A DNA stretch of 64,000 nt from Candidatus Hodarchaeota archaeon (lineage in GTDB: Archaea > Asgardarchaeota > Heimdallarchaeia > Hodarchaeales > Hodarchaeaceae): positions 1 through 64,000 of the forward strand of contig JAEOTM010000204.1 of NCBI GenBank assembly GCA_016839815.1, read 5' to 3'. Shown here in pieces: positions 1-11,038 of this stretch. A model generated the notes under the pieces. That model saw nothing but the letters and a program-made list of their open reading frames with translations. It was not told where the DNA came from and ran no database searches. How positions within the stretch are numbered: the stretch's first letter is position 1; each line of letters starts with the position of its first letter. A program made the translations under genes and the position numbers.

Positions 1-109
1 CAATTATAAGAAAAAAGTAATATGAGGTAAAATTAACCTATCTATTTACCAATACAATATTAATATATCAAGATTTACATAACTAAGAATTCAATAACAA
101 AACAAATTA

Positions 110-610
110 GTGATAAGAATGAACGGATTAAATTTCTTTGCTCAGATTGGCCCAGAACTCTATATATTTGCTTTTGTTGTGCTAATAGTAGCTAGTGCTT
201 TGGTCTATTACTTTCGAGAACGAATTATAGATGCTTTAGGAATTACTGCAGCTAAAAAGACCATTCTCGAACAAGAAATTGAACAGCGACTAGTTCAAAT
301 ACGACAATTGGCACGACAACAAATGTTTAAGGATGCTGCTGTTCTAATGTGGCAAACTATGACTCTTGCTTCCGAAGGTTTCCTGGGAGTGGGTCGCGCA
401 CCAAATGAATCCGCACGACAGCTTGGTGTTAAACTCATGAACAGAGGTGATCTTGATCCTGGAGCAATTAACGCAATTATTATTGCATTCGAAAAAGCAA
501 GATATGGTCAAACTCCCTTAACTAATCAAGAATTCAAAGATGGCTTGTCAGGCCTTCATCAATTCCTCCAAATGGCAACATCACTTGGAGAAATTCCTAT
601 GGCAGAATAA
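110..610 (+). CDS. DUF4129-like membrane protein (MoxR operon)
   Basis: N-terminal TM helix, C-terminal 'NESAR...AFEKARYG' motif typical of DUF4129; first gene of a MoxR/DUF58 cluster. Confidence 0.7.
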   Translation: MIRMNGLNFFAQIGPELYIFAFVVLIVASALVYYFRERIIDALGITAAKKTILEQEIEQRLVQIRQLARQQMFKDAAVLMWQTMTLASEGFLGVGRAPNESARQLGVKLMNRGDLDPGAINAIIIAFEKARYGQTPLTNQEFKDGLSGLHQFLQMATSLGEIPMAE

Positions 611-651
611 ACGAAATAAAAAACTTCAACACTTTTACGAAGTGAATATTC

Positions 652-2361
652 ATGGCTGAAATCAATAGAACAACTAGTGCTCTTATTATTCTAGCCATTT
701 TCATATCTTATCCATTTGTTTCTGCATCGATGCTAGGATTTCTTTTTACGAGGAATACAACCAATTTCTCAATATACAATACTGGTTGGAACGGGGCTAG
801 CACATTTAAAGACCTTTTTGAAGAGGAAGGAGCGGAAATAGCCACAATTGTTGGCAGTAGTAATGTTCTCAATCGTCTGAATGAAACGGATCTAGGAGGA
901 AATAGAGGTTCATTAATTATCCTCGGTCCCTCAGTTCACTACGATTTTTCAGAATCGCTGGCAGTGCTAATGTATGCAATAAATGGGGGACGAGTAATAA
1001 TTGCTGATGATTTTGGTACAGGTAACGATATTCTCAGTGTTTTATCAATTTTCTTAGGATTTATCTCCGAACTTGATCTTGGTTCGATGGGATTTGGAGA
1101 CTCAGGAGGCACCAATCCCCTTGGAATGAATACTAGTACCGCTGGTCAAAATACTTCACTTCCATTCCCGATTGCAGGCATTGCCATTAATGGAAGTTTA
1201 TTAGCTGATCAAGGTAGTTATGACGATACCCCACTCACACCTGTTTTTCATTCTCCAAGTACATCACAAGAAGGAACAACCTATAAAATGCCTGCGCCTT
1301 GGGTAACTGACTTTACTACGGGATTAAGTGGAAATGGAGTAATTGGAAATTTTGCTTCAATTATTACCATGAAAGTACGGTATCCAGACCCAAACACTAC
1401 TGAAACAAATCCTAACGCGACTGAATATATTACCAAATGGGTACCAATGGGAGAATTTCCAGCTTCTGCTGAAGCAGCCTATGAAAACCTCGAATTACCT
1501 CCTGGAATTGAGCTACCAGATATGTCATTTAGTCTCCAAATTGCTGTTCTGTATAGTAGCACAGAAGCATGGATGGAGTCTGATATTTCATCAGCAAAGT
1601 CTGATGTTAATAGCATTGAACCAAATCTGAACGAATGGGGAAACCCGAATATAGGATTTCCAGTTTTTGTATATTTCCCGTTTCCACTAGGTGGACAAAT
1701 AATCTTATGCTCAGATCCATCTATCTTTATTAATCAGTATCTAGATTCTGATAATGAAGATTATCCACTCGCTGACCAGTATGATAACCGAGCATTTGCA
1801 GATAATGTCATTAGAATTATGATGGAGAAGCGACCAGGGCAAACGATAATTTTTGATGAAGGTCACCTTGCCAACAATCCATTAACACCAATATTCCCCT
1901 TGAGTCTATATCTAAAATTCTTAGATATGATAACAATGTTTCCACTATTCGCAATATTTCTTGTACCTATTGCAGTAATTCTGTCACGTAAATTCATTCC
2001 TAGAAAAACTCAAGCAAAACCTTTACTATTCACAAGAGTTGAACGGTACTACGGCCGAAGTTTCTTTGCTGTAAAAATGAGATGGTTCCTTGAATATAAA
2101 CAATACTCAAGAGGACTTGAATTAATATTTAGACGATTAAAACGCAATATTATCAAACGATACAGTCCTGAAGAGGAGTTAACTCCTGATGTTATTGCAA
2201 CTTATTTAATAAATGAATTTCCAGAGAATTTTTCCTATAAAAACCTCGTAGAAAATTTTATACTTATTGAAACAATAATCGAAACACGATCATTAATATC
2301 TGAAGAGGAATTCCTTGATCACTACTTTTTCCTGAAGAATGTAGGGTCGACAATTAACTAA
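652..2361 (+). CDS. DUF4350-like membrane protein (MoxR operon)
   Basis: 'FSIYNTGWNGAS', 'GGRVIIADDFG', 'SDPSIFIN', 'IIFDEGH' motifs; N- and C-terminal TM segments. Confidence 0.75.
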   Translation: MAEINRTTSALIILAIFISYPFVSASMLGFLFTRNTTNFSIYNTGWNGASTFKDLFEEEGAEIATIVGSSNVLNRLNETDLGGNRGSLIILGPSVHYDFSESLAVLMYAINGGRVIIADDFGTGNDILSVLSIFLGFISELDLGSMGFGDSGGTNPLGMNTSTAGQNTSLPFPIAGIAINGSLLADQGSYDDTPLTPVFHSPSTSQEGTTYKMPAPWVTDFTTGLSGNGVIGNFASIITMKVRYPDPNTTETNPNATEYITKWVPMGEFPASAEAAYENLELPPGIELPDMSFSLQIAVLYSSTEAWMESDISSAKSDVNSIEPNLNEWGNPNIGFPVFVYFPFPLGGQIILCSDPSIFINQYLDSDNEDYPLADQYDNRAFADNVIRIMMEKRPGQTIIFDEGHLANNPLTPIFPLSLYLKFLDMITMFPLFAIFLVPIAVILSRKFIPRKTQAKPLLFTRVERYYGRSFFAVKMRWFLEYKQYSRGLELIFRRLKRNIIKRYSPEEELTPDVIATYLINEFPENFSYKNLVENFILIETIIETRSLISEEEFLDHYFFLKNVGSTIN

Positions 2362-2397
2362 TTAAAAAAAATTACTATACATGCTAATAAATAAGAA

Positions 2398-3465
2398 GTG
2401 GAAGAAATGAGTAATACCAGTGCAAAAGGTAAGGATTTCACAAGTGATGAAATCACCTATGAAATGCTTGAAGTGAGTGATATCGCACGAGCATACCAAC
2501 AAATCATGGGAGAAATCCGGAAAGTATACATTGGAAGAACTGAAATATTTGAAATGCTTTGGATAGCAATGCTAACTGGAAAGCATGTCTATCTAGAAGG
2601 GGTTCCAGGAATTGGAAAAACCTACATGGCCAATGCATTCTCACAATGTCTTGGAACTGAATTCAGTCGTATTCAGTTCACTCCTGATATGCTCCCATCG
2701 GACATAGTTGGTACGAATATCTTTAATCCGAAAACAGGCACTTTTAGGCTGAAAAAAGGACCTATTTTTGGCAACGTCATCTTAGCTGACGAGGTAAACA
2801 GAGCTCCACCTAAAACTCAATCCGCGATGCTTGAAGCAATGGGTGAAGGCCAGGTTTCGATTGAAGGAGAAACCCACAGATTAGAAAAGCCATTCGTTGT
2901 CTTAGCAACTGCCAATCCAGTCGAACAAGAGGGTACATATCCCCTTCCTGAGGCTCAGCTTGATCGATTTATGATTAAGGTAATTATTCATCATTCATCT
3001 CCTGATGATGAATTAAGAATTATCAAATTCAAAAATGAACCAGTTCCCGCCATAATCAAGCAGGTAGTCTCCCCTCAAACAATCGTAGCAATGATGGATG
3101 TTGTCAAACGTGTTTATGTAAGTCCAGAAATATTAGAAATGATCCGTGATATCACTGTATCTACTCGTACAGATCCAAGGTTAATTCTTGGGTGTTCTCC
3201 CAGAGGAAGTGAAAGCTTATTGCTTTCAGGAAAGTCACGGGCAGCTATTCACGGTCGAGATTTCGTGATTCCAGACGATATAATTCTCATGATCCCACAT
3301 ATCGTACATCATCGTCTGATTCTTAAACCTGAGGCTGAATTAGAAGGGATTACACAAATTCGAATTTCCGAGGATATACGAGATAGTTTAACAATTCCTG
3401 TCGACCCTGTTGAGGAAGAAATGGTGTATGAAGAATACATCGAAGAAATCGATGATGAGGATTAA
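2398..3465 (+). CDS. moxR: MoxR-family AAA+ ATPase
   Basis: Walker A 'GVPGIGKT', 'RIQFTPDMLPSDIVG', Walker B 'LADEVNRAPPKTQSAMLEAM', 'PLPEAQLDRF'. Confidence 0.97.
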   Translation: MEEMSNTSAKGKDFTSDEITYEMLEVSDIARAYQQIMGEIRKVYIGRTEIFEMLWIAMLTGKHVYLEGVPGIGKTYMANAFSQCLGTEFSRIQFTPDMLPSDIVGTNIFNPKTGTFRLKKGPIFGNVILADEVNRAPPKTQSAMLEAMGEGQVSIEGETHRLEKPFVVLATANPVEQEGTYPLPEAQLDRFMIKVIIHHSSPDDELRIIKFKNEPVPAIIKQVVSPQTIVAMMDVVKRVYVSPEILEMIRDITVSTRTDPRLILGCSPRGSESLLLSGKSRAAIHGRDFVIPDDIILMIPHIVHHRLILKPEAELEGITQIRISEDIRDSLTIPVDPVEEEMVYEEYIEEIDDED

Positions 3466-3511
3466 GTAAAGATTCCAAACAATTGAATGGAGTACAAAGG
3501 TGTATCCTTGA

Positions 3512-4981
3512 ATGCTTTCGTCTCGTGGTGCGTTTATTGCAATTGGAGGAATTTTGCTTCTCTCGATTGGACTAAGTGCTAAGGGAATTGGAACTGTTAC
3601 TACTATGGTTCCTATTCTCTTCAGTGGAGAGGGATTAATTCAACAGTCCGGTAACCAGACAGCAAGCGGACTTCCAGAGGGAATGGAATTTCTGGAAGCG
3701 TTTGAAATTCTAAATAGTTCTCCAATTGTGGACTACAGTATGTTTCTGGGAACATTACTTATTCTGGCTAGTGTTATTGGATTACCATTCTTCAGAGCGT
3801 CAGCTAATGCATCTCTAATACGAGTTACTCGTATGGTTGATAGAGAAAAGGCTTTCGCTGGTGAATATGTACATGTAACGGTTAAAGTGGAAAATACAGG
3901 TAGAAAACGGATCGACTTCTTAGAAATATATGATGCTATTCCTGATATGTTCGAGATTGTTTTGGGAGAGAATTTTATTATTACCCAACTTGCTGGTCAT
4001 GAAACAAAGGAGTTTTCGTATATTGTACAGGTGAGTACTCGGGGAGTTTATCAGATTGGCCCTGTAAAAGTTATCATCCATGATCGGTTAGGCTTTTACT
4101 TTGAAGAAGATGTAAGACATTTTTATACTGAAGTGCTGTGTTACCCTTCATACGAAGATATACGCAGAATGGAAGCATTAAGTAAGCGAAGACAGCAAGG
4201 AAAAATGTTTGGTGCCCATAAAACCAAACAAAAGGGTATGGGTGATGATTTCCATTCACTGGCCCGTTATTATCCTGGTGCTCCATTCAAATCGCTGGAT
4301 TGGAAAGCTTTTAGCCGAACAGGGGAATTAATGGTACGTGAATTCGAAGCAGAAAAAAATATCCGAATTGTTCTATTTCTTGATCATAGTGGGAGTATGG
4401 GAGCAGGAATCCCAAACAATACTAAACTAGATTTTGCTATTCGATCAGTTATGCTTGTTATGAAAATGGCGGAAGAGCGTCAAGATCTTTTTGGACTCAT
4501 AACATATGCAGATAGACCTACCTCTTACTTACCCCCAGGAGGTAGTAAATCGATGTTCCATCAATTATTAGAAATTCTTGCACTGGTGGAGCCAGAAGGA
4601 CGATCTGATCCTCTTGCAGCTGTTGATTATGTCATGCAAAGATTACCACGGGCATCATTCTATGTTTTCTTAACTGATCTCGAATCCTCAGATTCTGAGA
4701 TTTTTACTGAAGCAGCTAAACGTGCACGTTCTACTAAAAACAGGATAACAGTGATTTCACCCTTTGGTCCGTTATTTGAAACCAAATTAACAGATTTATC
4801 AACTACTGAAAGAGCCATTGCAGAAGCTATCTTTGAGGAATATTTAGGTTATCGTAAACAGGTAGAAGATAGCTTAAGGGGACTTGGGGTAGAAATTATT
4901 AATGTAGGACCTGATGATATACTACCTAATGTGATTAAGACCTATATGAAAGGCAAACAAGCTGGTAAAGGATCGGTGTAA
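3512..4981 (+). CDS. DUF58 / vWA-domain protein
   Basis: 'DFHSLARYYPG...LDWKAFSRTGELMVREFE', MIDAS-like 'DHSGSM', 'FLTD'; directly after moxR. Confidence 0.92.
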   Translation: MLSSRGAFIAIGGILLLSIGLSAKGIGTVTTMVPILFSGEGLIQQSGNQTASGLPEGMEFLEAFEILNSSPIVDYSMFLGTLLILASVIGLPFFRASANASLIRVTRMVDREKAFAGEYVHVTVKVENTGRKRIDFLEIYDAIPDMFEIVLGENFIITQLAGHETKEFSYIVQVSTRGVYQIGPVKVIIHDRLGFYFEEDVRHFYTEVLCYPSYEDIRRMEALSKRRQQGKMFGAHKTKQKGMGDDFHSLARYYPGAPFKSLDWKAFSRTGELMVREFEAEKNIRIVLFLDHSGSMGAGIPNNTKLDFAIRSVMLVMKMAEERQDLFGLITYADRPTSYLPPGGSKSMFHQLLEILALVEPEGRSDPLAAVDYVMQRLPRASFYVFLTDLESSDSEIFTEAAKRARSTKNRITVISPFGPLFETKLTDLSTTERAIAEAIFEEYLGYRKQVEDSLRGLGVEIINVGPDDILPNVIKTYMKGKQAGKGSV

Positions 4982-4986
4982 TCAAA

Positions 4987-6360
4987 ATGGCCACAAGTCA
5001 AAGTGCAGCATATTTCTTCCGAGTTGTCTATATAATTTTGTTTGTTTTTTCAGGATTCCTCGTGATTTCCAGTATCGATCCGGAAATGTTTGATTTTACC
5101 AACGTCTTTGAAATTTTAAATTATTTACTACTAATCGTGCAAGGAGCTGTCAGTGCGATGGGAGAGGTAGCCAAAATGATTACTAATACAATCCTTTCTC
5201 GCAAATCAGCTATTCCACTCCTCGGAGATACAAGTTTAGGAACAATAAATGTAGCTGATATCGATATAATGCTTGACTCGATCTTTGATCCCAATAATGG
5301 ATTTTACCCTCATTCAACCATTGATCTCACTAAGGTAGATATTATCAAAGAGTTCTCAATTTTTATAGGAGCTACAACGATCCTACTTTTACTCCCTATC
5401 GCATTTTTCTCAGGAATTGGATTTCTACGTGAGGGAGATACTAAGCTAGCAATTTACTCATTTCTAGGATTTCAAATGATCTTGATCGTTGCAATATTTA
5501 CTCAGAATATAAATATCTCAACTAAGATAGATACAAGCTCATTAATTTCAATGATTTTGAGTCCAATTTTTACATTAGGATTTTTATTGTACTTACTCCT
5601 AGAAGTGGCTTTTCAAACCTCGTATACACTAAATATAATTGAACCAATGACAGAAAGGGAAAAACGAATTCAAGAGCATCTCAAGCGAATTCGTACCTAT
5701 GTACCAGTAGACGAAAGTTTGAAGGCTACTGACCAATCAATACAGAATGTGCAATCCAAAAAATTCGGATTACTAGCAGCAAGCTATTTGCGCGAAATGG
5801 TCGAACGTCGAGTATTTAGAAGAGGAGATATAGTCCGTGATTCGAAATCTATGATGAGATTGCAATCTTATCTCGCTAATCTACAACAGAGTGATCCCCG
5901 TACAGATTCAAAATTAGCCGCTCAGACAGCTCAACCTGATCCATCTACCTTAATCCTGTATTTTATCCCCGCGATATTGTTTCGGATTGTTGCCGTAGTC
6001 TTGCTTTCATACTTTGTAATGTCTCCTGAGGGACTACTGAATCTTGAAATTTTAGGAATAAAGATATTTATCTTTCCCGCTCTTCTAGACAGTCTCGAAT
6101 TATCTCAACCAGAATTTCAAACAATTGCTATATTGAACATGGCACTAATCCTTATTCTCATTAGTGCAGTATTAAATTATTTATCAGGTGGAAAAACAAG
6201 AACGGTTATGAAGCGCATGGTTCAACGGATTGACACACTGGTAGATTTTGATCGATCAAGTCCCCAACCCACAACTACGAGCGAATCACCTGAAGCAGAG
6301 AGTATGATAGAGGAAGAGGACGACATAACTGACGAGGAGGAAGAGGAAGAAGATACTTAA
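4987..6360 (+). CDS. multi-pass membrane protein with acidic tail
   Basis: Long ORF, several hydrophobic helices, co-oriented 5 nt after the DUF58 gene. Confidence 0.75.
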   Translation: MATSQSAAYFFRVVYIILFVFSGFLVISSIDPEMFDFTNVFEILNYLLLIVQGAVSAMGEVAKMITNTILSRKSAIPLLGDTSLGTINVADIDIMLDSIFDPNNGFYPHSTIDLTKVDIIKEFSIFIGATTILLLLPIAFFSGIGFLREGDTKLAIYSFLGFQMILIVAIFTQNINISTKIDTSSLISMILSPIFTLGFLLYLLLEVAFQTSYTLNIIEPMTEREKRIQEHLKRIRTYVPVDESLKATDQSIQNVQSKKFGLLAASYLREMVERRVFRRGDIVRDSKSMMRLQSYLANLQQSDPRTDSKLAAQTAQPDPSTLILYFIPAILFRIVAVVLLSYFVMSPEGLLNLEILGIKIFIFPALLDSLELSQPEFQTIAILNMALILILISAVLNYLSGGKTRTVMKRMVQRIDTLVDFDRSSPQPTTTSESPEAESMIEEEDDITDEEEEEEDT

Positions 6361-6382
6361 TTTTCCTCTCGAGCGTGATACA

Positions 6383-6916
6383 ATGCCTAAATTAGATCCA
6401 GAGAGCAGCGATGCAAGAAAAAAGCTTGATAAAAAAATTCCTAGCTATCTGTGTTATGAGAAACAGCCAGATAGAAAAACCTCTGATATATCAATTAGAA
6501 ACTATTTAGAAAATCGGTTATCGACCAGTTCTGATGATGTGAAAAAAATTCAAGAAGCTGCGTTAATGAGTCAGATGATTACGACTTGGTCTGATCTTGA
6601 TCGGTTAGTATCGAGCTTTACTGATACACGATATTTGATTAAAGGTTCCAAATATGGAATTAGTACATTTTTTGATTCAGGAATTATCAAAGACTTCGAT
6701 CTGGGTTACCTCTACACCTTAGAAAAGACAATTCTTGATATCATTGACCGATTAGACGAAAAAATCAAGCAATTTGATGATTCGATTGAGAGTGGAATGT
6801 TATCGGATAGTAGTCGATTAACCAATGAAATTTTAGAGGATCTTAGTGCAATTCAGGACGCTTGGCTTGAGAGGCAAAAATTAGTTGCTGATTTTCAAAA
6901 ACTTGGACTGGTTTAA
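6383..6916 (+). CDS. conserved helical hypothetical protein
   Basis: 177-aa ORF closing the operon; 'KIPSY...RKTSDISIR' resembles a widespread uncharacterised family. Confidence 0.65.
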   Translation: MPKLDPESSDARKKLDKKIPSYLCYEKQPDRKTSDISIRNYLENRLSTSSDDVKKIQEAALMSQMITTWSDLDRLVSSFTDTRYLIKGSKYGISTFFDSGIIKDFDLGYLYTLEKTILDIIDRLDEKIKQFDDSIESGMLSDSSRLTNEILEDLSAIQDAWLERQKLVADFQKLGLV

Positions 6917-6944
6917 GGAAAAAAAAGGGAGTATGATTACTCAC

Positions 6945-8276
6945 CTATTGTCGATTTAAATATTCAGCAAAAGTTGCTAATCCTACTGCGATTACTGCTC
7001 CAACTGCGCAAATTAAGAAAGCGGGTGAATATGAAGATCCCGTGATGGTTTCACTACTGCCTTTTATTGCATCAATGACTACTGCGGGAATAATTGCACC
7101 AAGAATCCCAGCAACTCCATAGGCTGAAAAGACAAAACCGTAGTTATTACCTACGTTTTTAGTTCCAAAGAAATCTGCAGTAGTTGAGGGAAATAAAGCA
7201 AAGTTTCCTCCAAAGCATAGTCCAATGACACAAGCTATTGCGGTCAATAGAAGAACATCTGTTTGAAAGCCAAAGGTGAACATTGCTACAGCCAGTAAGG
7301 CGAACATCACAATCATAGTGGGAGCACGATTTATTTTATCAGAAACAAAGCCCCAAAATATCCTTCCACCTGCATTAAATAATGCTAAAATTCCAACAAT
7401 GGATGCAGCCAAATTATCATCGATGGTACTATTTGCTGCTTGTAAAAAGGTTTTCAAAATACCTAATGTCATTAACCCAGCAGTAGCTGCTAACACAAAC
7501 ATACTCCAGAGGAGCCAAAACTGTGGAACTTTAAGCATTTCACGCCATTCGTAATCACGACCCAATCCTGTTGCCTTAGGTGCGGGTGGTTGCCATCCTT
7601 CTGGTGTCCATCCTTTGGGAGGATTTCTCAAGAGCTGAGCTCCAAGGACAACCGCGACAAGATAAATTAATCCACAGATCAATAACGCGGGAGAGATGTC
7701 ACTTACTAAAATTTTTCCATCCAAATCACGGGCGATTACATTAATAAACGCAGTTTCTACACGTGCAAAGATAAGTGCACCAGCTCCAAAGCCAGCTACT
7801 GCAATACCAGTAATTAACCCTTTTTTGTCGGGGAACCATTTTACCAGGGCTGCAATAGGACAAACATACGCTAGTCCAATACCCGCACCACCAATCAGAC
7901 CATAGGTAATAACAAGCCAAATAAGTGTTAAAGTTGGATCGGTTTCAAAAAAAGTTACCCCTGCTGATAGAATATATCCTAATCCCAGTAAAATTCCACC
8001 TGTCGTTGCAACACGGCGGGGACCAACTTTATCCTGCCACTTTCCAGCAAAAATCATTACTACAGCAAAAGTCGCTAATCCAATCGCGAATGGTAAAAGG
8101 CTTTCGAATGTACCTAATTCGTATGGCTCCACCTTCAACGATGTCTGAAAAATTGACCAGGCATAAATCGAGCCGAGACACAGTTGAACGATAAGTGCAC
8201 CTACAACAACTAGATACCGATTATACAATGTATCAGAAGTCTCTGTCAGTTTACTCACCATTAAATTTTGAACCAT
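6945..8276 (-). CDS. MFS transporter, oxalate:formate antiporter (OFA) family
   Basis: 12 TM pattern, 'GSIYAWSIF', 'GKWQDKVGPR', 'KWFPDKKGLITG', 'FFGTKNVGNNYG'. Confidence 0.93.
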   Translation of the reverse strand: MVQNLMVSKLTETSDTLYNRYLVVVGALIVQLCLGSIYAWSIFQTSLKVEPYELGTFESLLPFAIGLATFAVVMIFAGKWQDKVGPRRVATTGGILLGLGYILSAGVTFFETDPTLTLIWLVITYGLIGGAGIGLAYVCPIAALVKWFPDKKGLITGIAVAGFGAGALIFARVETAFINVIARDLDGKILVSDISPALLICGLIYLVAVVLGAQLLRNPPKGWTPEGWQPPAPKATGLGRDYEWREMLKVPQFWLLWSMFVLAATAGLMTLGILKTFLQAANSTIDDNLAASIVGILALFNAGGRIFWGFVSDKINRAPTMIVMFALLAVAMFTFGFQTDVLLLTAIACVIGLCFGGNFALFPSTTADFFGTKNVGNNYGFVFSAYGVAGILGAIIPAVVIDAIKGSSETITGSSYSPAFLICAVGAVIAVGLATFAEYLNRQ

Positions 8277-8598
8277 GAAAAAGAACGGTTCTAAATTAAA
8301 AATATGACCTGATATTCGAAAATTTTTCTGACTATATATATTTAAAGTGAGATAAGTTGAATTAATAATGGATACAATAAAGCCGCTTTTTGGACAAGAT
8401 TTTTAGTCTCAGATAGGAATCAGAAAATAAAATCCGTTATATTTCGGTTCGTAATCTGTATTTTATAAAGAGAGCTAGCGAAATTATCCGAAAGAATGCA
8501 AATCCATTATTTATTCCTTATTTCGTGAATATTCTATTCATCTGTTATATATTAATTACAATACAAGAAAGAAACTTCTTAATCTTGAAACGAACTAA

Positions 8599-8680
8599 TT
8601 TGAATTGGATTACAGAGTTAATTAACACTCTGTAACTCAACCTTGGCAGAATTTACTTACTGTCAATGGCATCATTCAAA
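8599..8680 (+). promoter_or_regulatory. putative structured 5' leader of acs
   Basis: Nested inverted repeats: TTTGAAT/ATTCAAA closing TTACAGAGT/ACTCTGTAA and TTGGCAG/CTGTCAA hairpins, 35 nt before the acs ATG. Confidence 0.45.
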
Positions 8681-8715
8681 CAGGAATTAAATTAAAAAAA
8701 TATCTGGGCGATATT

Positions 8716-10749
8716 ATGTCTGAGCTGACAGAGACAGAGAAAGAAAAGGCAAAAAAGTATTATCCTTTGCCAAAACTGGCAGAGAAAGCTCGTATTCAAA
8801 ATATGGACGCTTACTTCGAGAAATGGAAGTACTCAGTCGAGAATTTTGAAGAATTTTGGGCTGAAGAAGCGAAAATGATTGATTGGTTCACCCCTTATCA
8901 GAAAGTGTGGCAGGCTCCAACTGGAAATCAAGATGAATTCGTAGGAAAATGGTTTGTTGGGGGAAAACTAAATGTCACCTATAATTGTTTAGATCGTTGG
9001 ATAGAAAAGGGATATGGTGACGAAGTTGCACTCATCTGGATGGGAGAAGACGATACTGTAAAGAAATTTACCTATAAGTCATTAACAGAGCAAGTTAACA
9101 AGGCAGCTAATGCCTTGAAAGCATTAGGTGTTGAAAAAGGTGACAGGGTTTGTCTCTGGTTACCAATGATTGAACATCTCGCAATCGTGATGCTTGCTTG
9201 TGCTCGTATTGGTGCAATTCACTCGATCGTATTTGGAGGATTTTCCGCTGAATCTGTAAAAGATAGAATAGATGATTCAGAATGTAAAGTTCTCGTCGTT
9301 GCTGATGAAGTACGAAGAGCTGGTAAGAATAGACCAATGAAAGATAATTTAAAAGGTATTATTGATACCTGTGATTCAATTGAAAATGTAGCTGTGATTA
9401 AACTTACAGGTGGAGACGTTTACACATATGAAAAGGACGTTGATTTTCTAGCTTTAATGGAAGAACAATCTGCTGTCTGTGAAAGCGAACCCATGGATGC
9501 AGAAGATCCATTATTCATTCTTTATACTTCAGGAACCACTGGTAAGCCAAAAGGTGTTGTACATACGACTGCTGGTTATCTCGTTTTCGGAGTGTCGACC
9601 AACTACTATGTCTGGGATTATTCCTGCTTATTAGATCTCAAAGGCGATACATCTGCAAATCGAGACGTCTGGTATTGTACCGCAGACATCGGTTGGATAA
9701 CTGGTCATACCCAGATTATCTATTCACCACTTGCTCTTGGCTCTATTAGTGTAATGTATGAAGGAGTTCCCACTTGGCCCCATGGTGGTCGTTTCTGGGA
9801 AATTTGTGAGAAATTTGGAGTAACTCACTTTTATACTGCCCCAACAGCGATTCGTGCACTAATGAAATTAGGGGACGAAAATGTTACCAAATGGAATCTA
9901 GAAAAACTCAAGATGATTGGAACTGTTGGAGAAGTGTGCAATTGGCCTGAATGGAAATGGTACTGGGATATAGTCGGACAAGGCTCGAGTGGAGAAAAAC
10001 CCATTGGACGTCCCATCGTTGATAGCTACTGGCAAACTGAAACAGGATCTTACATGATGGTAAATCTTGGTTCGGTTACACCCATGAAACCTGGAAGTTG
10101 TACTTTCCCATTCCTTGGAATTAATCCCGTCTTATTAGATGAAGCAGGAGGAAAAATCGAGACTCCAAATACCCAAGCTTATTTTGCGTATGATAAACCA
10201 TGGCCAGGACTCATGCGTACAGTATGGGGTGATCATGAACGTTTTGTGAACACTTATCTAGCACAATTCCCAGGACACTACTTCACTGGCGATTATGCTC
10301 AAGTTGACGATGAAGGTTATTATTTCATACTTGGTCGATCTGATGATGTTATTAAAGTTTCAGGACATCGTCTGGGCTCTGCAGAAGTTGAAGCAGCAAT
10401 TAATTCACATCCAAAAGTTGCTGAAAGCGCTGTTATTCCTTATCCTCATCCTGTTAAGGGAGCAACAATCTTTGCGTATATTACATTAATGAATGACGAA
10501 GACGCAAGTGATGAAATGAAAAAGAATATTCAGAAACATGTACGGTCGGTAGCTGGTCCAGCTGTTTATCCTGAGATCATCATGTTCGCATCTGCTGTTC
10601 CAAAAACAAGATCAGGTAAGATAATGAGAAGAATCTTAAAAGCTGTGGCAGAACAAAGAGATATTGGTAATACAATGACCTTAGCCAACCCTGAAGTTGT
10701 TGAAGGATTAATCACTCGTCGTCAGATGATGGGCGAAATTAAGTTCTAA
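8716..10749 (+). CDS. acs: acetyl-CoA synthetase (AMP-forming)
   Basis: 'YTSGTTGKPKG', 'ADIGWITGH', 'YWQTETG', 'SGHRLGSAEVE', 'PKTRSGKIMRR'. Confidence 0.96.
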   Translation: MSELTETEKEKAKKYYPLPKLAEKARIQNMDAYFEKWKYSVENFEEFWAEEAKMIDWFTPYQKVWQAPTGNQDEFVGKWFVGGKLNVTYNCLDRWIEKGYGDEVALIWMGEDDTVKKFTYKSLTEQVNKAANALKALGVEKGDRVCLWLPMIEHLAIVMLACARIGAIHSIVFGGFSAESVKDRIDDSECKVLVVADEVRRAGKNRPMKDNLKGIIDTCDSIENVAVIKLTGGDVYTYEKDVDFLALMEEQSAVCESEPMDAEDPLFILYTSGTTGKPKGVVHTTAGYLVFGVSTNYYVWDYSCLLDLKGDTSANRDVWYCTADIGWITGHTQIIYSPLALGSISVMYEGVPTWPHGGRFWEICEKFGVTHFYTAPTAIRALMKLGDENVTKWNLEKLKMIGTVGEVCNWPEWKWYWDIVGQGSSGEKPIGRPIVDSYWQTETGSYMMVNLGSVTPMKPGSCTFPFLGINPVLLDEAGGKIETPNTQAYFAYDKPWPGLMRTVWGDHERFVNTYLAQFPGHYFTGDYAQVDDEGYYFILGRSDDVIKVSGHRLGSAEVEAAINSHPKVAESAVIPYPHPVKGATIFAYITLMNDEDASDEMKKNIQKHVRSVAGPAVYPEIIMFASAVPKTRSGKIMRRILKAVAEQRDIGNTMTLANPEVVEGLITRRQMMGEIKF

Positions 10750-10760
10750 ACTTAATCCCA

Positions 10761-10776
10761 TTTTTCTTTTTTTTTT
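10761..10776 (+). terminator. oligo-T terminator of acs
   Basis: TTTTTCTTTTTTTTTT 11 nt after the stop codon. Confidence 0.6.
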
Positions 10777-11038
10777 ACTTCAGGATTTCTAAAATTTCAA
10801 ATGGTTCAATATTAGATATCCGTAAAACTTTTGTAGTACTAGTTTGACCCGATTCTAGAACCACTTTAGTTTTAAAACGTTTCCGCATCAAGTTTATTAT
10901 AGTTTTATTGGCTTTGTTCTTTACTGGTGGATCTTTCACATATACAAAGAGTTCACCATCTACCAAGTGAATCAAATTAATGGATTGCCGTGTTTTTACT
11001 TGGATTGTGACCAATGTGTCTTTTCCTACTTGTCTCAT
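10775..11038 (-). CDS. DUF167 (UPF0235/YggU) protein
   Basis: 'VKDPPVKNKANKTII...SGQTSTTKVLRI' matches the DUF167 pattern; start overlaps the upstream stop. Confidence 0.85.
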   Translation of the reverse strand: MRQVGKDTLVTIQVKTRQSINLIHLVDGELFVYVKDPPVKNKANKTIINLMRKRFKTKVVLESGQTSTTKVLRISNIEPFEILEILK

